Assembly (NCBI GenBank): GCA_007693455.1
Contig: REDP01000245.1
Span: 1 to 61,786, forward strand
Reading direction: 5' to 3'
Length of the DNA: 61,786 nucleotides
Origin: Planctomycetota bacterium
GTDB taxonomy: Bacteria > Planctomycetota > UBA11346
Shown here in pieces: positions 19,594 to 28,388 of this stretch. Numbering within the stretch: position 1 is the first letter of the stretch; each line of letters starts with the position of its first letter. The notes below the pieces were generated by a model. That model was not told the DNA's origin. It saw only the letters and a list, made by a program, of their open reading frames with translations, and ran no database searches. The translations under genes and the position numbers were made by a program.

Positions 19594-20390
19594 TATTGGT
19601 CTCGTTGTGATTTCGAGTAGCGTTGAAGAAAGGTACGTTCGCGGCGGCTTAATGATGGCAGGCCTTGTTGGGAGACCTTTTCCAGAAGACGGTCAAGCTC
19701 GCTATGTTCCCAGTGTTGTTGCTGAACATGGTGGCGCTGCCGTCGCTGGTGCAAACGGCGAAGCACTGGCCCCAGCATCCAGCGCCAGCGCACCGCAAGA
19801 AAGCCAATGGCAGCTCCGATAAGGTGTACATCATAGGCAGTATGGGCACGCTCAGTGCCAAATTGAATAAAATGCAGGGTATCTAAGAGTACCAGTATGG
19901 CAGCCAACACCCAGGCTGGGATGCGCAGCACCAGCATGGCTAACACCGGAGCAGTGGGAGTATGGGCGGCAAAGCCAACAATAAGGGCATATACCACCCC
20001 AGAAAACCCCAATACCGACCCCTGCATAATGCCCACATGAAAGAGGTTGCCAACAACGGCAACCACCAGGACCAGGATGCAGAAGCGGAGTCGCCCTAAA
20101 AGCCGCTCAAGGTGACGGCCAAAAAAGAACAGCCCCAGCATGTTCCAGAACCAGTGCATAACCTGTTCGTGGGTAAATGCGCCAGTCACTGCGCGCCAGA
20201 CCTGTCCGTGCCAGATCTGATCGTTGGCAAGGAGGGCCTGGGCTACTGGAGATGGGTAGCCCGAGAAAAGGCAGAGCAGGAAAATCGCCGTATTGATGCC
20301 CAGTAGCATCGTCACCATGGGCGAGCAGTAGCCGGCGGTGGCTTGCTCAATGAGGAATAGGCGGTGGTTCAACCATCGTAATGCGCGCAT
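19593..20390 (-). CDS. Rhomboid family intramembrane serine protease
   Basis: Multi-TM protein with WRAVTGAFTH, GFSGVVYAL (GxSG) and HLIGAAIG motifs. Its stop overlaps the ispG start by 1 nt. Confidence 0.85.
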   Translation of the reverse strand: MRALRWLNHRLFLIEQATAGYCSPMVTMLLGINTAIFLLCLFSGYPSPVAQALLANDQIWHGQVWRAVTGAFTHEQVMHWFWNMLGLFFFGRHLERLLGRLRFCILVLVVAVVGNLFHVGIMQGSVLGFSGVVYALIVGFAAHTPTAPVLAMLVLRIPAWVLAAILVLLDTLHFIQFGTERAHTAYDVHLIGAAIGFLAVRWRWMLGPVLRRLHQRRQRHHVQQQHWEHSELDRLLEKVSQQGLPSLSRRERTFLQRYSKSQRDQ

Positions 20391-20535
20391 CCTGCTATGC
20401 TTGGCCTTACTTGACGCTAGGCAAGCGGGTGCACGGGCCGGGGGATGGTCTATACGGTCCCATTATTATATGGGTGGGAGTGAAATAACCCACCATATAT
20501 TGTGGTATACGTGCTGTCTGTGTGCCATGGGCAGT

Positions 20536-20583
20536 GGTTGCACGCAGAAGTTTTAGGTTGCACAAAGTAGTGTAAGGTTGCAA
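20536..20583 (+). promoter_or_regulatory. Three direct GGTTGCA(C/A) boxes at exact 20-bp phasing; candidate MraZ operator / dcw promoter element
   Basis: GGTTGCAC at 20536-20543 and 20556-20563; GGTTGCAA at 20576-20583. They lie immediately upstream of the likely mraZ start. Confidence 0.5.
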
Positions 20584-20607
20584 TGTGTGCTTATCGGATG
20601 GGCCGCC

Positions 20608-21060
20608 GTGTTAGAACACTTGCCGACGTCACGTATATCACCCAAGCATCAAGTCACGTTGCCTCGCAGCACACGTGGCTTATCTGGCATTGAAGAAGGG
20701 GCTGAGGTCTGCGTCCTGCCCCATGCAATGCCATTGCGTGATGGCAGCAAGCTCACCACCTTGGTGGTTCTGACAGAAGAAGAGTTGCGCAAACGCGAGG
20801 ATGCCATTCGAGCGCGGGATGATATCCCCGTAGCAACCAAGGAACGGCGCATTGCCATGATTAATGGTCGTGTGCGGCAGTTAAGTGTGGATCGTCAACG
20901 CCGCGTCGTGCTACCGCAGCATTTTGTGAAGATGCTGCAACTTGAGCGCGATGTCTATATGTTTGTCAACAATCAGTCGGTGATGGTCTGGCATCCCCAA
21001 GACTGGCTGCGCTATAACCAGGACCTCGAAGAAGAAGACGCCGATGACCTGATGCTGTAG
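20608..21060 (+). CDS. mraZ: Transcriptional regulator MraZ
   Basis: Two SpoVT/AbrB-like halves (SPKHQVTLP; DRQRRVVLPQHF). GTG 20608 gives the canonical 19-residue spacing from Met to the first ..LP motif. The track ORF starts at TTG 20578. Confidence 0.8.
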   Translation: MLEHLPTSRISPKHQVTLPRSTRGLSGIEEGAEVCVLPHAMPLRDGSKLTTLVVLTEEELRKREDAIRARDDIPVATKERRIAMINGRVRQLSVDRQRRVVLPQHFVKMLQLERDVYMFVNNQSVMVWHPQDWLRYNQDLEEEDADDLML

Positions 21061-21094
21061 GCACCAGGGAAGCGGCGAGAAAGGAGCAACGCTC

Positions 21095-21322
21095 ATGACA
21101 CCCATCACTACCTGGAGAGACCTACTCGACCGTGGCGCTATTTGGCCCGAGGGTCCATCTCAGGAGGCTGTTTTTGCCTTAGCCGAGCAGGCTGCTGCTC
21201 GCTGCCAACGAGCTCAAGCAGCTGGGATTGCCGTAACCCCCAGTCGTTACGTGGCCTTCGTGCAGCGTATTGTTGCGGCTCGCCGCAATCCTGATGCCAC
21301 ATCATTCGCGCGTGCTGGGTGA
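21095..21322 (+). CDS. Hypothetical 75-aa protein between mraZ and rsmH
   Basis: ATG preceded by AAGGAG at good spacing; Ala/Arg-rich helical-looking sequence; no recognisable motif. Confidence 0.5.
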   Translation: MTPITTWRDLLDRGAIWPEGPSQEAVFALAEQAAARCQRAQAAGIAVTPSRYVAFVQRIVAARRNPDATSFARAG

Positions 21323-21331
21323 GCGTGAACC

Positions 21332-22216
21332 ATGGGTGAAGCGCCAGGACATACTCCAGTGCTTATGGAGGAGGTGCTCCGCTACCTGAATCCCCAGTCC
21401 AATCACACTCTGCTAGACTGTACCTGCGGCGCAGGCGGTCATAGCGAGGCTCTTTTACAATCTCATGCTCAGGTAATTGGGGTTGATCGCGATGCCCATG
21501 CTCGTGCCCTTGCCAGCGAGCGCTTGTCTGGGTATGGCGCATCCTTTCGCATCTATGCTGGAACTTTTGCGTCTGCCGCAGCTACATTCATCGCCCAGGG
21601 CCAGCGCTTTTCTGGAGTCCTTGCCGATTTGGGGGTATCAAGCATGCAGCTTGATGATCCCATGCGCGGTTTTGGCATTCGTTCGCAGGCTGATGCGGAT
21701 ATGCGTATGGGCGATGAGGCTGAACATGACGCGCTCACCTTTATTGATCAATGTTCGCAGGAAACCCTGGCGCAAGTTTTGCGCGACTATGGAGAAGAAC
21801 GTATGGCTGGCCGCGTTGCACGTCACCTCAAAGAAGCGCGGGCACGCGGTGCACGTTCTGCGGCAGAGCTTGCCGATGCCGTGCGCTCTGCCCTGCCAGG
21901 ACGTCACCAGCGCCACCCTGCATTACGAACCTTTCAGGCCCTGCGCATTGCGGTGAACGGTGAGCTAGAGCAATTACGCAGCCTGCTTGATGCCCTCCCC
22001 GATCTCCTCGAGGATGGCGGCAGAGCCGTACTCATAAGCTTCCATTCACTGGAAGATCGCATGGTCAAATATGCCTTTCGCGATGGTCGCCGTGAGGGGG
22101 TGTACAGCGATACTGCCCGCAAGGTGGTAACCGCTGATTCTCAGGAGATTGCGCGTAACCGACGTGCATCCTCGGCAAAATTACGTTGGGCCATCCGTGC
22201 TCAGCGCTGTGAGTAG
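21332..22216 (+). CDS. rsmH: 16S rRNA (cytosine1402-N4)-methyltransferase
   Basis: HTPVLMEEVL, DCTCGAGGHS, DLGVSSMQLD and SFHSLEDR motifs. Confidence 0.93.
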   Translation: MGEAPGHTPVLMEEVLRYLNPQSNHTLLDCTCGAGGHSEALLQSHAQVIGVDRDAHARALASERLSGYGASFRIYAGTFASAAATFIAQGQRFSGVLADLGVSSMQLDDPMRGFGIRSQADADMRMGDEAEHDALTFIDQCSQETLAQVLRDYGEERMAGRVARHLKEARARGARSAAELADAVRSALPGRHQRHPALRTFQALRIAVNGELEQLRSLLDALPDLLEDGGRAVLISFHSLEDRMVKYAFRDGRREGVYSDTARKVVTADSQEIARNRRASSAKLRWAIRAQRCE

Positions 22217-22258
22217 ATACGATGTGTATGCCCATAAAGGCGTTACAGGAGATTTGAT

Positions 22259-22585
22259 ATGAAAGTAATAATGATAGCACATGGAATATTTTTAGCCACA
22301 TGGTTAACCGTTGCCTGTACCTTTGCTCTCGGTGTCGCCACCTTAGGTAACGAAGCCACCCTATTGGGCATGCATCGTGGTAATGCTGTGCAGGAGCGAA
22401 CCGAATTGCTCCGCCAGCAGGACATACTGCAAGCGCGCCTGCAAAGCGAAGCGCGCCGAGACCGTTTGGAAGTGGCTGTGCGCCGTCTGGGGCTGCCTTT
22501 GCAGCCGCACCAGCATCCTCGCGAACATACGGGTGCGGTTGAAGTGGCGCGAACGCTTCGTACTCGTGAGGGGTCCTTGCAATGA
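22259..22585 (+). CDS. ftsL: FtsL-like cell division protein
   Basis: 108 aa with a single N-terminal TM followed by a coiled-coil-like segment. It sits between rsmH and ftsI and has an ATGA overlap with ftsI. Confidence 0.55.
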   Translation: MKVIMIAHGIFLATWLTVACTFALGVATLGNEATLLGMHRGNAVQERTELLRQQDILQARLQSEARRDRLEVAVRRLGLPLQPHQHPREHTGAVEVARTLRTREGSLQ

Positions 22586-24369
22586 GTCCTCCGGGAGCCT
22601 CTCACCATGGCCAACCCTGGCGCACCTGCATGACTGCAGTGGTGTTTATGGGTTTTTTGGCGATGATCGTCTGGCGCCTATATGATTTGCAGGTGGTGCA
22701 TGCCGATGATTTGAGCGAGCGCGCTTTACGGCAGCGCATGCGTACCGTTGCCATAGAAGCCCAGCGCGGAAATATTTTTGACACCAACGGCAAGCCCTTG
22801 GTGGTGTCGCACGCTGGCTGGGATCTCTTTGCTGATCCCACGTACATGAACGATAAACTGCAGGCAACGGTGAAAATCGCTCAAATAGCAGGGGTTGATC
22901 GTGCAACCTTGCGTGGCCATTTTGAAGCAGCGACCAATGGTCGCCGTATTTTACGTAATGTCGATGACGATGTAGCCGAGGCCATTCGAGAGCTTGGCCT
23001 GCAGGGGGTGTATCTGCGTCGTAGCTATCGCCGTGATTATCCCGCCGATGCTTTAGCGCCGCAGGTCTTGGGCTTTGTTCTCGATGATGAGCGCGGGGGT
23101 GGTGGCATCGAAGCGCGCTTCGATGAACATCTTCGTGGCATTCCTGGCAGTGAACGGATTCTCGTAGATGTGCGTGGGCGTCGTATGCTAGGACAAGACC
23201 CAGAACGGACTCCAGCCCGTCCAGGTGGCCATGTGCATCTCACCCTTGATGCCAATATTCAAATGGCCGCGGAAAGGGCTGTTCTTGGTGCCGTTGAGCG
23301 TCATCGCCCCGAGTCGGCAAGTGCCATCGTATTGCGTCCAGCTACTGGCGAAGTTTTGGCTATGGTGAGTTACCCCAGTTTTGATCCGCGCCAATTGGCT
23401 GAGGCAGAAATGGCCGGTTTCCGTAATAATGCCCTTGCTTTTGTGTATGAATCAGGGTCGGTGATGAAGCCACTAATGGTAGGAGCGGCCGTAGCCGATG
23501 GGCTTAGTGGCTGGGATCAGCGTATTTTCTGTGAGAACGGTCAGTGGAATATCCAGGTTGGACGAGCCCGGCGTTTATTGCGCGACCATAGCTGGCGGCA
23601 AGGCGGCAATGGCTGGCTTACGATCACCGAAGCACTGGCTAAATCTGATAATATTATGCCCGCCAAGCTTGGCCTCAAGATGGGGCCAGAACGTATGCAC
23701 CATTGGGCGGACACCTTTAATTTTGGTCGGCGTACGGGCATCGAATTGCCAGGAGAAAATGTTGGAATTATGCGTCCCAAGGAGCGCTGGGACCGAATTA
23801 ACTCGGCAATCTCTGTGCCCATTGGCTACGAAGTTTCGGTGACTCCGTTGCAGATGATTGCGGCTCATGCGGCAGTGGCCAATCGTGGCGTATGGAACAC
23901 GCCCCATCTTGTTTCCCATCTGCAGCGCTGGAGTGATGAACGGCAACGTTGGATTGAAGCTTCGCCAGAGGTCCGTCGTGAACGGCGTCGGATTTTGAGT
24001 GAAGCTGATTCCCTCGCCATAGAAAGTGCCATGCGCACGGTAATGGAGTCAGGAACAGGCCGTCGCGTGCAATTGGATGGATGGTCAAGTGCTGGTAAAA
24101 CAGGTACCACCCGCAAGGTGATCAATGGCCAATACTCTTCCGAACATCACATTGGTTCTCTCGTGGCCTGGGCGCCAGCTCGTCCCGATCGCACGCCTGA
24201 TTTCATTGCCTTGGTTACGGTTGATGCTCCAGAGAAAGGCACGGGCTACTTCGGTGGTTTGACTGCCGGTCCTGTGGTCAAAGAGATTCTTGAATTTGCT
24301 TTGGATTATGAGGGTGTACCCCGTGATGATGAGGTGAAAGCCCAGGGTAATCAGGGGCGGGGACGGTGA
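22582..24369 (+). CDS. ftsI: Penicillin-binding protein 3-type transpeptidase
   Basis: N-terminal TM, SVMK (SxxK), SDN (SxN) and KTGT motifs. dcw position. Confidence 0.88.
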   Translation: MSPPGASHHGQPWRTCMTAVVFMGFLAMIVWRLYDLQVVHADDLSERALRQRMRTVAIEAQRGNIFDTNGKPLVVSHAGWDLFADPTYMNDKLQATVKIAQIAGVDRATLRGHFEAATNGRRILRNVDDDVAEAIRELGLQGVYLRRSYRRDYPADALAPQVLGFVLDDERGGGGIEARFDEHLRGIPGSERILVDVRGRRMLGQDPERTPARPGGHVHLTLDANIQMAAERAVLGAVERHRPESASAIVLRPATGEVLAMVSYPSFDPRQLAEAEMAGFRNNALAFVYESGSVMKPLMVGAAVADGLSGWDQRIFCENGQWNIQVGRARRLLRDHSWRQGGNGWLTITEALAKSDNIMPAKLGLKMGPERMHHWADTFNFGRRTGIELPGENVGIMRPKERWDRINSAISVPIGYEVSVTPLQMIAAHAAVANRGVWNTPHLVSHLQRWSDERQRWIEASPEVRRERRRILSEADSLAIESAMRTVMESGTGRRVQLDGWSSAGKTGTTRKVINGQYSSEHHIGSLVAWAPARPDRTPDFIALVTVDAPEKGTGYFGGLTAGPVVKEILEFALDYEGVPRDDEVKAQGNQGRGR

Positions 24370-25787
24370 TGATGACTCTTCAGCGTCATTATACTCCTTT
24401 ACTTCCCCCCATTGATGTGGCCGCTGGCAACCTCCATCGCCATATCCAAGAAGTACGACCGGGCGATATACTGGTAACCTGGGCCCATGGGACGCAGCTT
24501 GATGAGATCTGTACCCAGGCCCTTCGTGCCCAAGCGTCCGCCATTGTTTGTGAGCACCGTCCAAGCGTGGATTACCCCTCTGACCGTGTGCATGTGGTGG
24601 AAAATGCGCGCAAAGCGTTCGCCCTCATGAGTGGTGTCCGCCATGGCATGCCCCCCCCCCAGCCCCTTGTCGGGGTTACTGGTACCGATGGCAAGACCTC
24701 GGTAGTACATTGCATCAGCCATTGCCTGGGAGACCAAGCGGCCAGCGTGGGATCCCTGGGGATGCGCTGCGGGGTACTCTACGAAGATACTGGCCACACC
24801 TCTCCCCCCAGTGATGTATTGCATCGATTTTTGGCGCAATTGCCTCCACAATGTCCTGGTGTGGCGATGGAAATAAGCAGTCATGCGGCACATCAAGAGC
24901 GTTGCGCCGGATTGCCCTTACGCGGCCTTGCCTTTACTGGCCTGGGACATGACCATTTGGATTACCATGGCAGTATGCGTGCCTACCGTGACGCGAAACT
25001 GCAAACGGTATCACTGTTGGCACCAGGTGCGTGGCTTGTGGTGAATGCCGATGATGCTCATGCCGTGGATTTCATTCGTGCCGCTCGAGGGATAACCGAT
25101 ACCATCGTGGAACTTGGTGTGCGCCGTGGTGATGCCTTGCTGCGCCGCCGTGAAGCGGGCTGGTCGTTACTCTTTGCCGGCCAACACTACCACCTCGCCC
25201 TTCCCCAAGCCGCCGCCCATCAGGCCTGGAATGCTGCCGCTGGAGCATTGCTCGCTCATGCCTGCGGCATCCCTTTGCCCCAAGCCTTTGCCCGTATCGG
25301 CAGCTGCCCCCCGGTGCCAGGACGGTTGGAACGCTTGGCGGATAACCCTATAACCTATGTTGATTATGCCTGCACGCCAGAAGCGGTGCGACGCGTAGTG
25401 GCCTGTCTGCGGCAGCGCTACCCGCAGCGTCGTCTCGTGGTAGTATTTGGATGTGGCGGAAATCGCGATAAGGGAAAACGTGGTCCCATGGGCGATGCTG
25501 CCGCCGAAGCTGATTATGCGATTATCACCAATGATAATCCGCGTGATGAAGATCCTCAGGCCATTGCTGATGCCATCCGAGCGGATATGGGTCAGCAGCC
25601 TGGTGAGCGCATGTCTATCATTCTTGATCGTCGTCAAGCGATTGACCACGCGCGTGTGCAAGCAGGGCACGATGGGGTGGTTGCGGTTTTGGGTAAGGGC
25701 CATGAGACGGTGCAAATTATTGGCGACCAGCGTATTGCTTGGAGTGACCGCGATTATATCGCCGGACTTCAGGGAGCGGTCTCATGA
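24366..25787 (+). CDS. murE: UDP-N-acetylmuramoyl-tripeptide synthetase (Mur ligase E)
   Basis: GVTGTDGKTS P-loop and DNPR motif. Position ftsI-murE-murF. Start is GTG 24366, or ATG 24369/24372. Confidence 0.9.
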   Translation: MMMTLQRHYTPLLPPIDVAAGNLHRHIQEVRPGDILVTWAHGTQLDEICTQALRAQASAIVCEHRPSVDYPSDRVHVVENARKAFALMSGVRHGMPPPQPLVGVTGTDGKTSVVHCISHCLGDQAASVGSLGMRCGVLYEDTGHTSPPSDVLHRFLAQLPPQCPGVAMEISSHAAHQERCAGLPLRGLAFTGLGHDHLDYHGSMRAYRDAKLQTVSLLAPGAWLVVNADDAHAVDFIRAARGITDTIVELGVRRGDALLRRREAGWSLLFAGQHYHLALPQAAAHQAWNAAAGALLAHACGIPLPQAFARIGSCPPVPGRLERLADNPITYVDYACTPEAVRRVVACLRQRYPQRRLVVVFGCGGNRDKGKRGPMGDAAAEADYAIITNDNPRDEDPQAIADAIRADMGQQPGERMSIILDRRQAIDHARVQAGHDGVVAVLGKGHETVQIIGDQRIAWSDRDYIAGLQGAVS

Positions 25788-27214
25788 CTGCAGCCCCCTT
25801 TGACTTGCAGGCCGATGAAGCACAGGCGCTTACAGGGGGCCGCTGGCACGGTATCCCGCGCACCGTGCGCATTCATGGCGCGACGATTGATTCGCGGCAA
25901 GTACGCCCAGGCATGGCCTTTGCCGCACTCAGTGGCAGTAAAGTTGATGGCCATGATTTTGCTGAAACTGCGGCGGGTGATGGCGCAGTGCTTATTATCG
26001 CCGAGCGTCAGGTAGAAACCCCCGTTCCAGTTTTGCTGGTGGATGATGTTACAACTGCCTTGGGAGCCTTGGCGACTGAGTTCCGTCGCCGTTATCAGGG
26101 TGCCACATGGATTGCCGTGGCGGGAGCCAATGGCAAAACCACGGTTAAAGAACTGCTTCGTGCCGCATGTAATGAACATGCGCCCACCCATGCCACCGAG
26201 GGAAATCGCAATAACCACCTTGGTGTGCCCTTGACCATCCTCTCCACTCCCGCCGACTGCCGTTGGTGTGTGGTGGAGTTGGGGGCCAATAAGGGAGGCG
26301 AAATCGCCGAGCTCGCAGCCATGGTGCAGCCACACGTGGGCGTATGCACGGGGATTGGCCCTGCCCACCTTGAGGGCTATGGTGATCTTGCAGGTGTTGC
26401 TCGTGGTGAGGGTGCGGTATTTGCCGCAGTCCCACAAGGGGGTCCCTGTATCTTTGGTCGCGAAGGGCTTGAACAGGTGGCAGTGGCGGCAGGAACCTCG
26501 GCGCAAGCATTAGAGCAGATTATCATTGATATAGCACACGGCCGCGACCTCCTTGTGGTGGGGAGTGATCGTTGTCCCATCATTGGTGAAGCACGACCTG
26601 ACGGTATTCTCATGCGCTGCGGCGAGGGTGAAGTGACCTTACCGTTGTTGGGCCGCCATAATTTGGCCAATGCACATGTGGCCTGGCGGGCAGCAGTTGC
26701 GGCAGGAGTCATTCCCGAATTAGCCCTGCGTGGCCTGAAGCATGTAAAGCCAGTGCCTGGGCGCTTGCGTCTTGTTCATCTTCAGCACGGACATCGCCTC
26801 TACGATGACTGCTACAATGCCAATCCAGCCAGCATGTATGCCGCCCTTGAGGAGCTGTCCCGCTCCCATGGCGCGCGCTTAGCCGTGCTCGGGGCAATGG
26901 GAGAGCTGGGAGAAACCAGTAGCGCCCTGCATCACCAGATTGGCGCTGATGCGGCACGGCTGGGCTTGCCCCTGCTAGTGGTAGGTGATGGCCCATTACC
27001 GCAGGCCCTGCTTGCCGGCTATATTGACGCTGGTGGCCGCGACCATCTCCACATGGATCACGTTGCCACCGCATTATTGCAGTTGCATCAGCGTTTAGGC
27101 GTTGGACCTACCGCGGTATTGGTGAAAGCCAGTCGTGCCGCTGGCTTGGATCAGATTGTTCATGAGTTGATCGCTGCTTATGGCGAGGATCGGGAAGCGA
27201 GCCCTCAATGCTAA
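25784..27214 (+). CDS. murF: UDP-MurNAc-pentapeptide synthetase
   Basis: VAGANGKTT P-loop; Mur ligase middle and C-terminal domains; ATGA overlap with murE. Confidence 0.9.
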   Translation: MTAAPFDLQADEAQALTGGRWHGIPRTVRIHGATIDSRQVRPGMAFAALSGSKVDGHDFAETAAGDGAVLIIAERQVETPVPVLLVDDVTTALGALATEFRRRYQGATWIAVAGANGKTTVKELLRAACNEHAPTHATEGNRNNHLGVPLTILSTPADCRWCVVELGANKGGEIAELAAMVQPHVGVCTGIGPAHLEGYGDLAGVARGEGAVFAAVPQGGPCIFGREGLEQVAVAAGTSAQALEQIIIDIAHGRDLLVVGSDRCPIIGEARPDGILMRCGEGEVTLPLLGRHNLANAHVAWRAAVAAGVIPELALRGLKHVKPVPGRLRLVHLQHGHRLYDDCYNANPASMYAALEELSRSHGARLAVLGAMGELGETSSALHHQIGADAARLGLPLLVVGDGPLPQALLAGYIDAGGRDHLHMDHVATALLQLHQRLGVGPTAVLVKASRAAGLDQIVHELIAAYGEDREASPQC

Positions 27215-28380
27215 ACTTCCTGGTGCAGTTCAGTGATGTCTTTGGACCATTTCGACTCTTTGGCTACACCTCCTTCCGTGCGGTTATGGCCGCCCTTACC
27301 GCCTTTGTTCTGATGATGATTATTATGCCGCGGCTTATCGCTTGGTTACGGCGCAAACGCTTCGGCGAACAGGGGGCCAAGGGTGATGGCGCCATAGTCG
27401 TCGACACCATGCGCCGCGCCAAGGCTGGCACTCCAACCATGGGTGGACTGGGATTGGTGGTCTGTGTGGTGATCACCGCCTTGCTTTGGTGTGACCCTCG
27501 CCTGGGGAAAACATGGTTGCTGATCTGCGGTATTATAGCCTTTGCTGGAATGGGTTTTATTGACGATCGCACCAAGATTTTCAAGGGTGCCAAAGGCATG
27601 TCCATCCGCGTAAAGCTTGTCTTGCAGATCCTCCTTGCCGCAGGTTTTGGCTTGTGGTTTTGGGCCTTAGATGATGGCGTGGTGGTTGCCAGTATCATTA
27701 CCCATGTCAGTGAAGCCAAAACCATTCTTGCCCAAGAGGGAGTTTTTGCTGATTCCGTGGCCCATCATATTATTCTTCCATTTATGTCTCTAGAGTCTGC
27801 CTTGCCAGTAGGGCTGGGTATTGTGCTCTGGGCCGTGGTAATGCTTTTTGCCTGTTCGAATGCGGTCAATTTCACCGATGGCATGGATGGCCTGGCTTCT
27901 GGTACCATGCTGATCGCAGTGCTGGCATTCATGGTGATCGCCTATATCACCAGTCACTTTATTGCCGCCCACTACCTCAAGATTCCCTACATTCGCGGCA
28001 ATGAGCATGTGGCTGTGTATTGTGCCACTCTTGCGGGTGCCTGTTTGGGGTTCTTGTGGTTTAACGCTCCACCAGCGCAGGTGTTTATGGGTGATACCGG
28101 ATCGCAGGGCTTGGGTGGTGCGTTAGCGCTTATTGCCCTTACCACCAAACAAGAATTCCTCATTTTGCTAGTGGGCTTTGTCTTTTTTGCCGAAGCCCTG
28201 TCTGTACTCCTGCAAGTATGCAGTTACCGCCTCTGCGGTGGACGCCGTATTTTCTTATGTGCCCCCATTCATCATCATTTCCAGTATCTTGGATGGAGTG
28301 AAACCAAGATTGTCATGCGTTTCTGGCTTATTGCTGGTCTCGCCGCCCTCCTAGCCCTTGCCACCCTCAAGCTGCGTTAA
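27208..28380 (+). CDS. mraY: Phospho-N-acetylmuramoyl-pentapeptide transferase
   Basis: NAVNFTDGMDGLA and APIHHHF motifs; polytopic membrane protein. Confidence 0.95.
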   Translation: MLNFLVQFSDVFGPFRLFGYTSFRAVMAALTAFVLMMIIMPRLIAWLRRKRFGEQGAKGDGAIVVDTMRRAKAGTPTMGGLGLVVCVVITALLWCDPRLGKTWLLICGIIAFAGMGFIDDRTKIFKGAKGMSIRVKLVLQILLAAGFGLWFWALDDGVVVASIITHVSEAKTILAQEGVFADSVAHHIILPFMSLESALPVGLGIVLWAVVMLFACSNAVNFTDGMDGLASGTMLIAVLAFMVIAYITSHFIAAHYLKIPYIRGNEHVAVYCATLAGACLGFLWFNAPPAQVFMGDTGSQGLGGALALIALTTKQEFLILLVGFVFFAEALSVLLQVCSYRLCGGRRIFLCAPIHHHFQYLGWSETKIVMRFWLIAGLAALLALATLKLR

Positions 28381-28388
28381 TCTAACCT

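Noticed and set aside
16855-20390. CBS protein - ispG - rhomboid as a functional system
   Set aside because: Only ispG and the rhomboid gene are coupled (1-nt overlap). The CBS gene is separated by 318 nt of hairpins. All are common housekeeping families with no evidence of a dedicated system.
20578-20607. TTG 20578 as the mraZ start (ORF-track start)
   Set aside because: It lies inside the third GGTTGCA box and adds 10 residues not seen in the canonical MraZ N-terminal spacing. GTG 20608 is preferred, and GTG 20587 remains possible.
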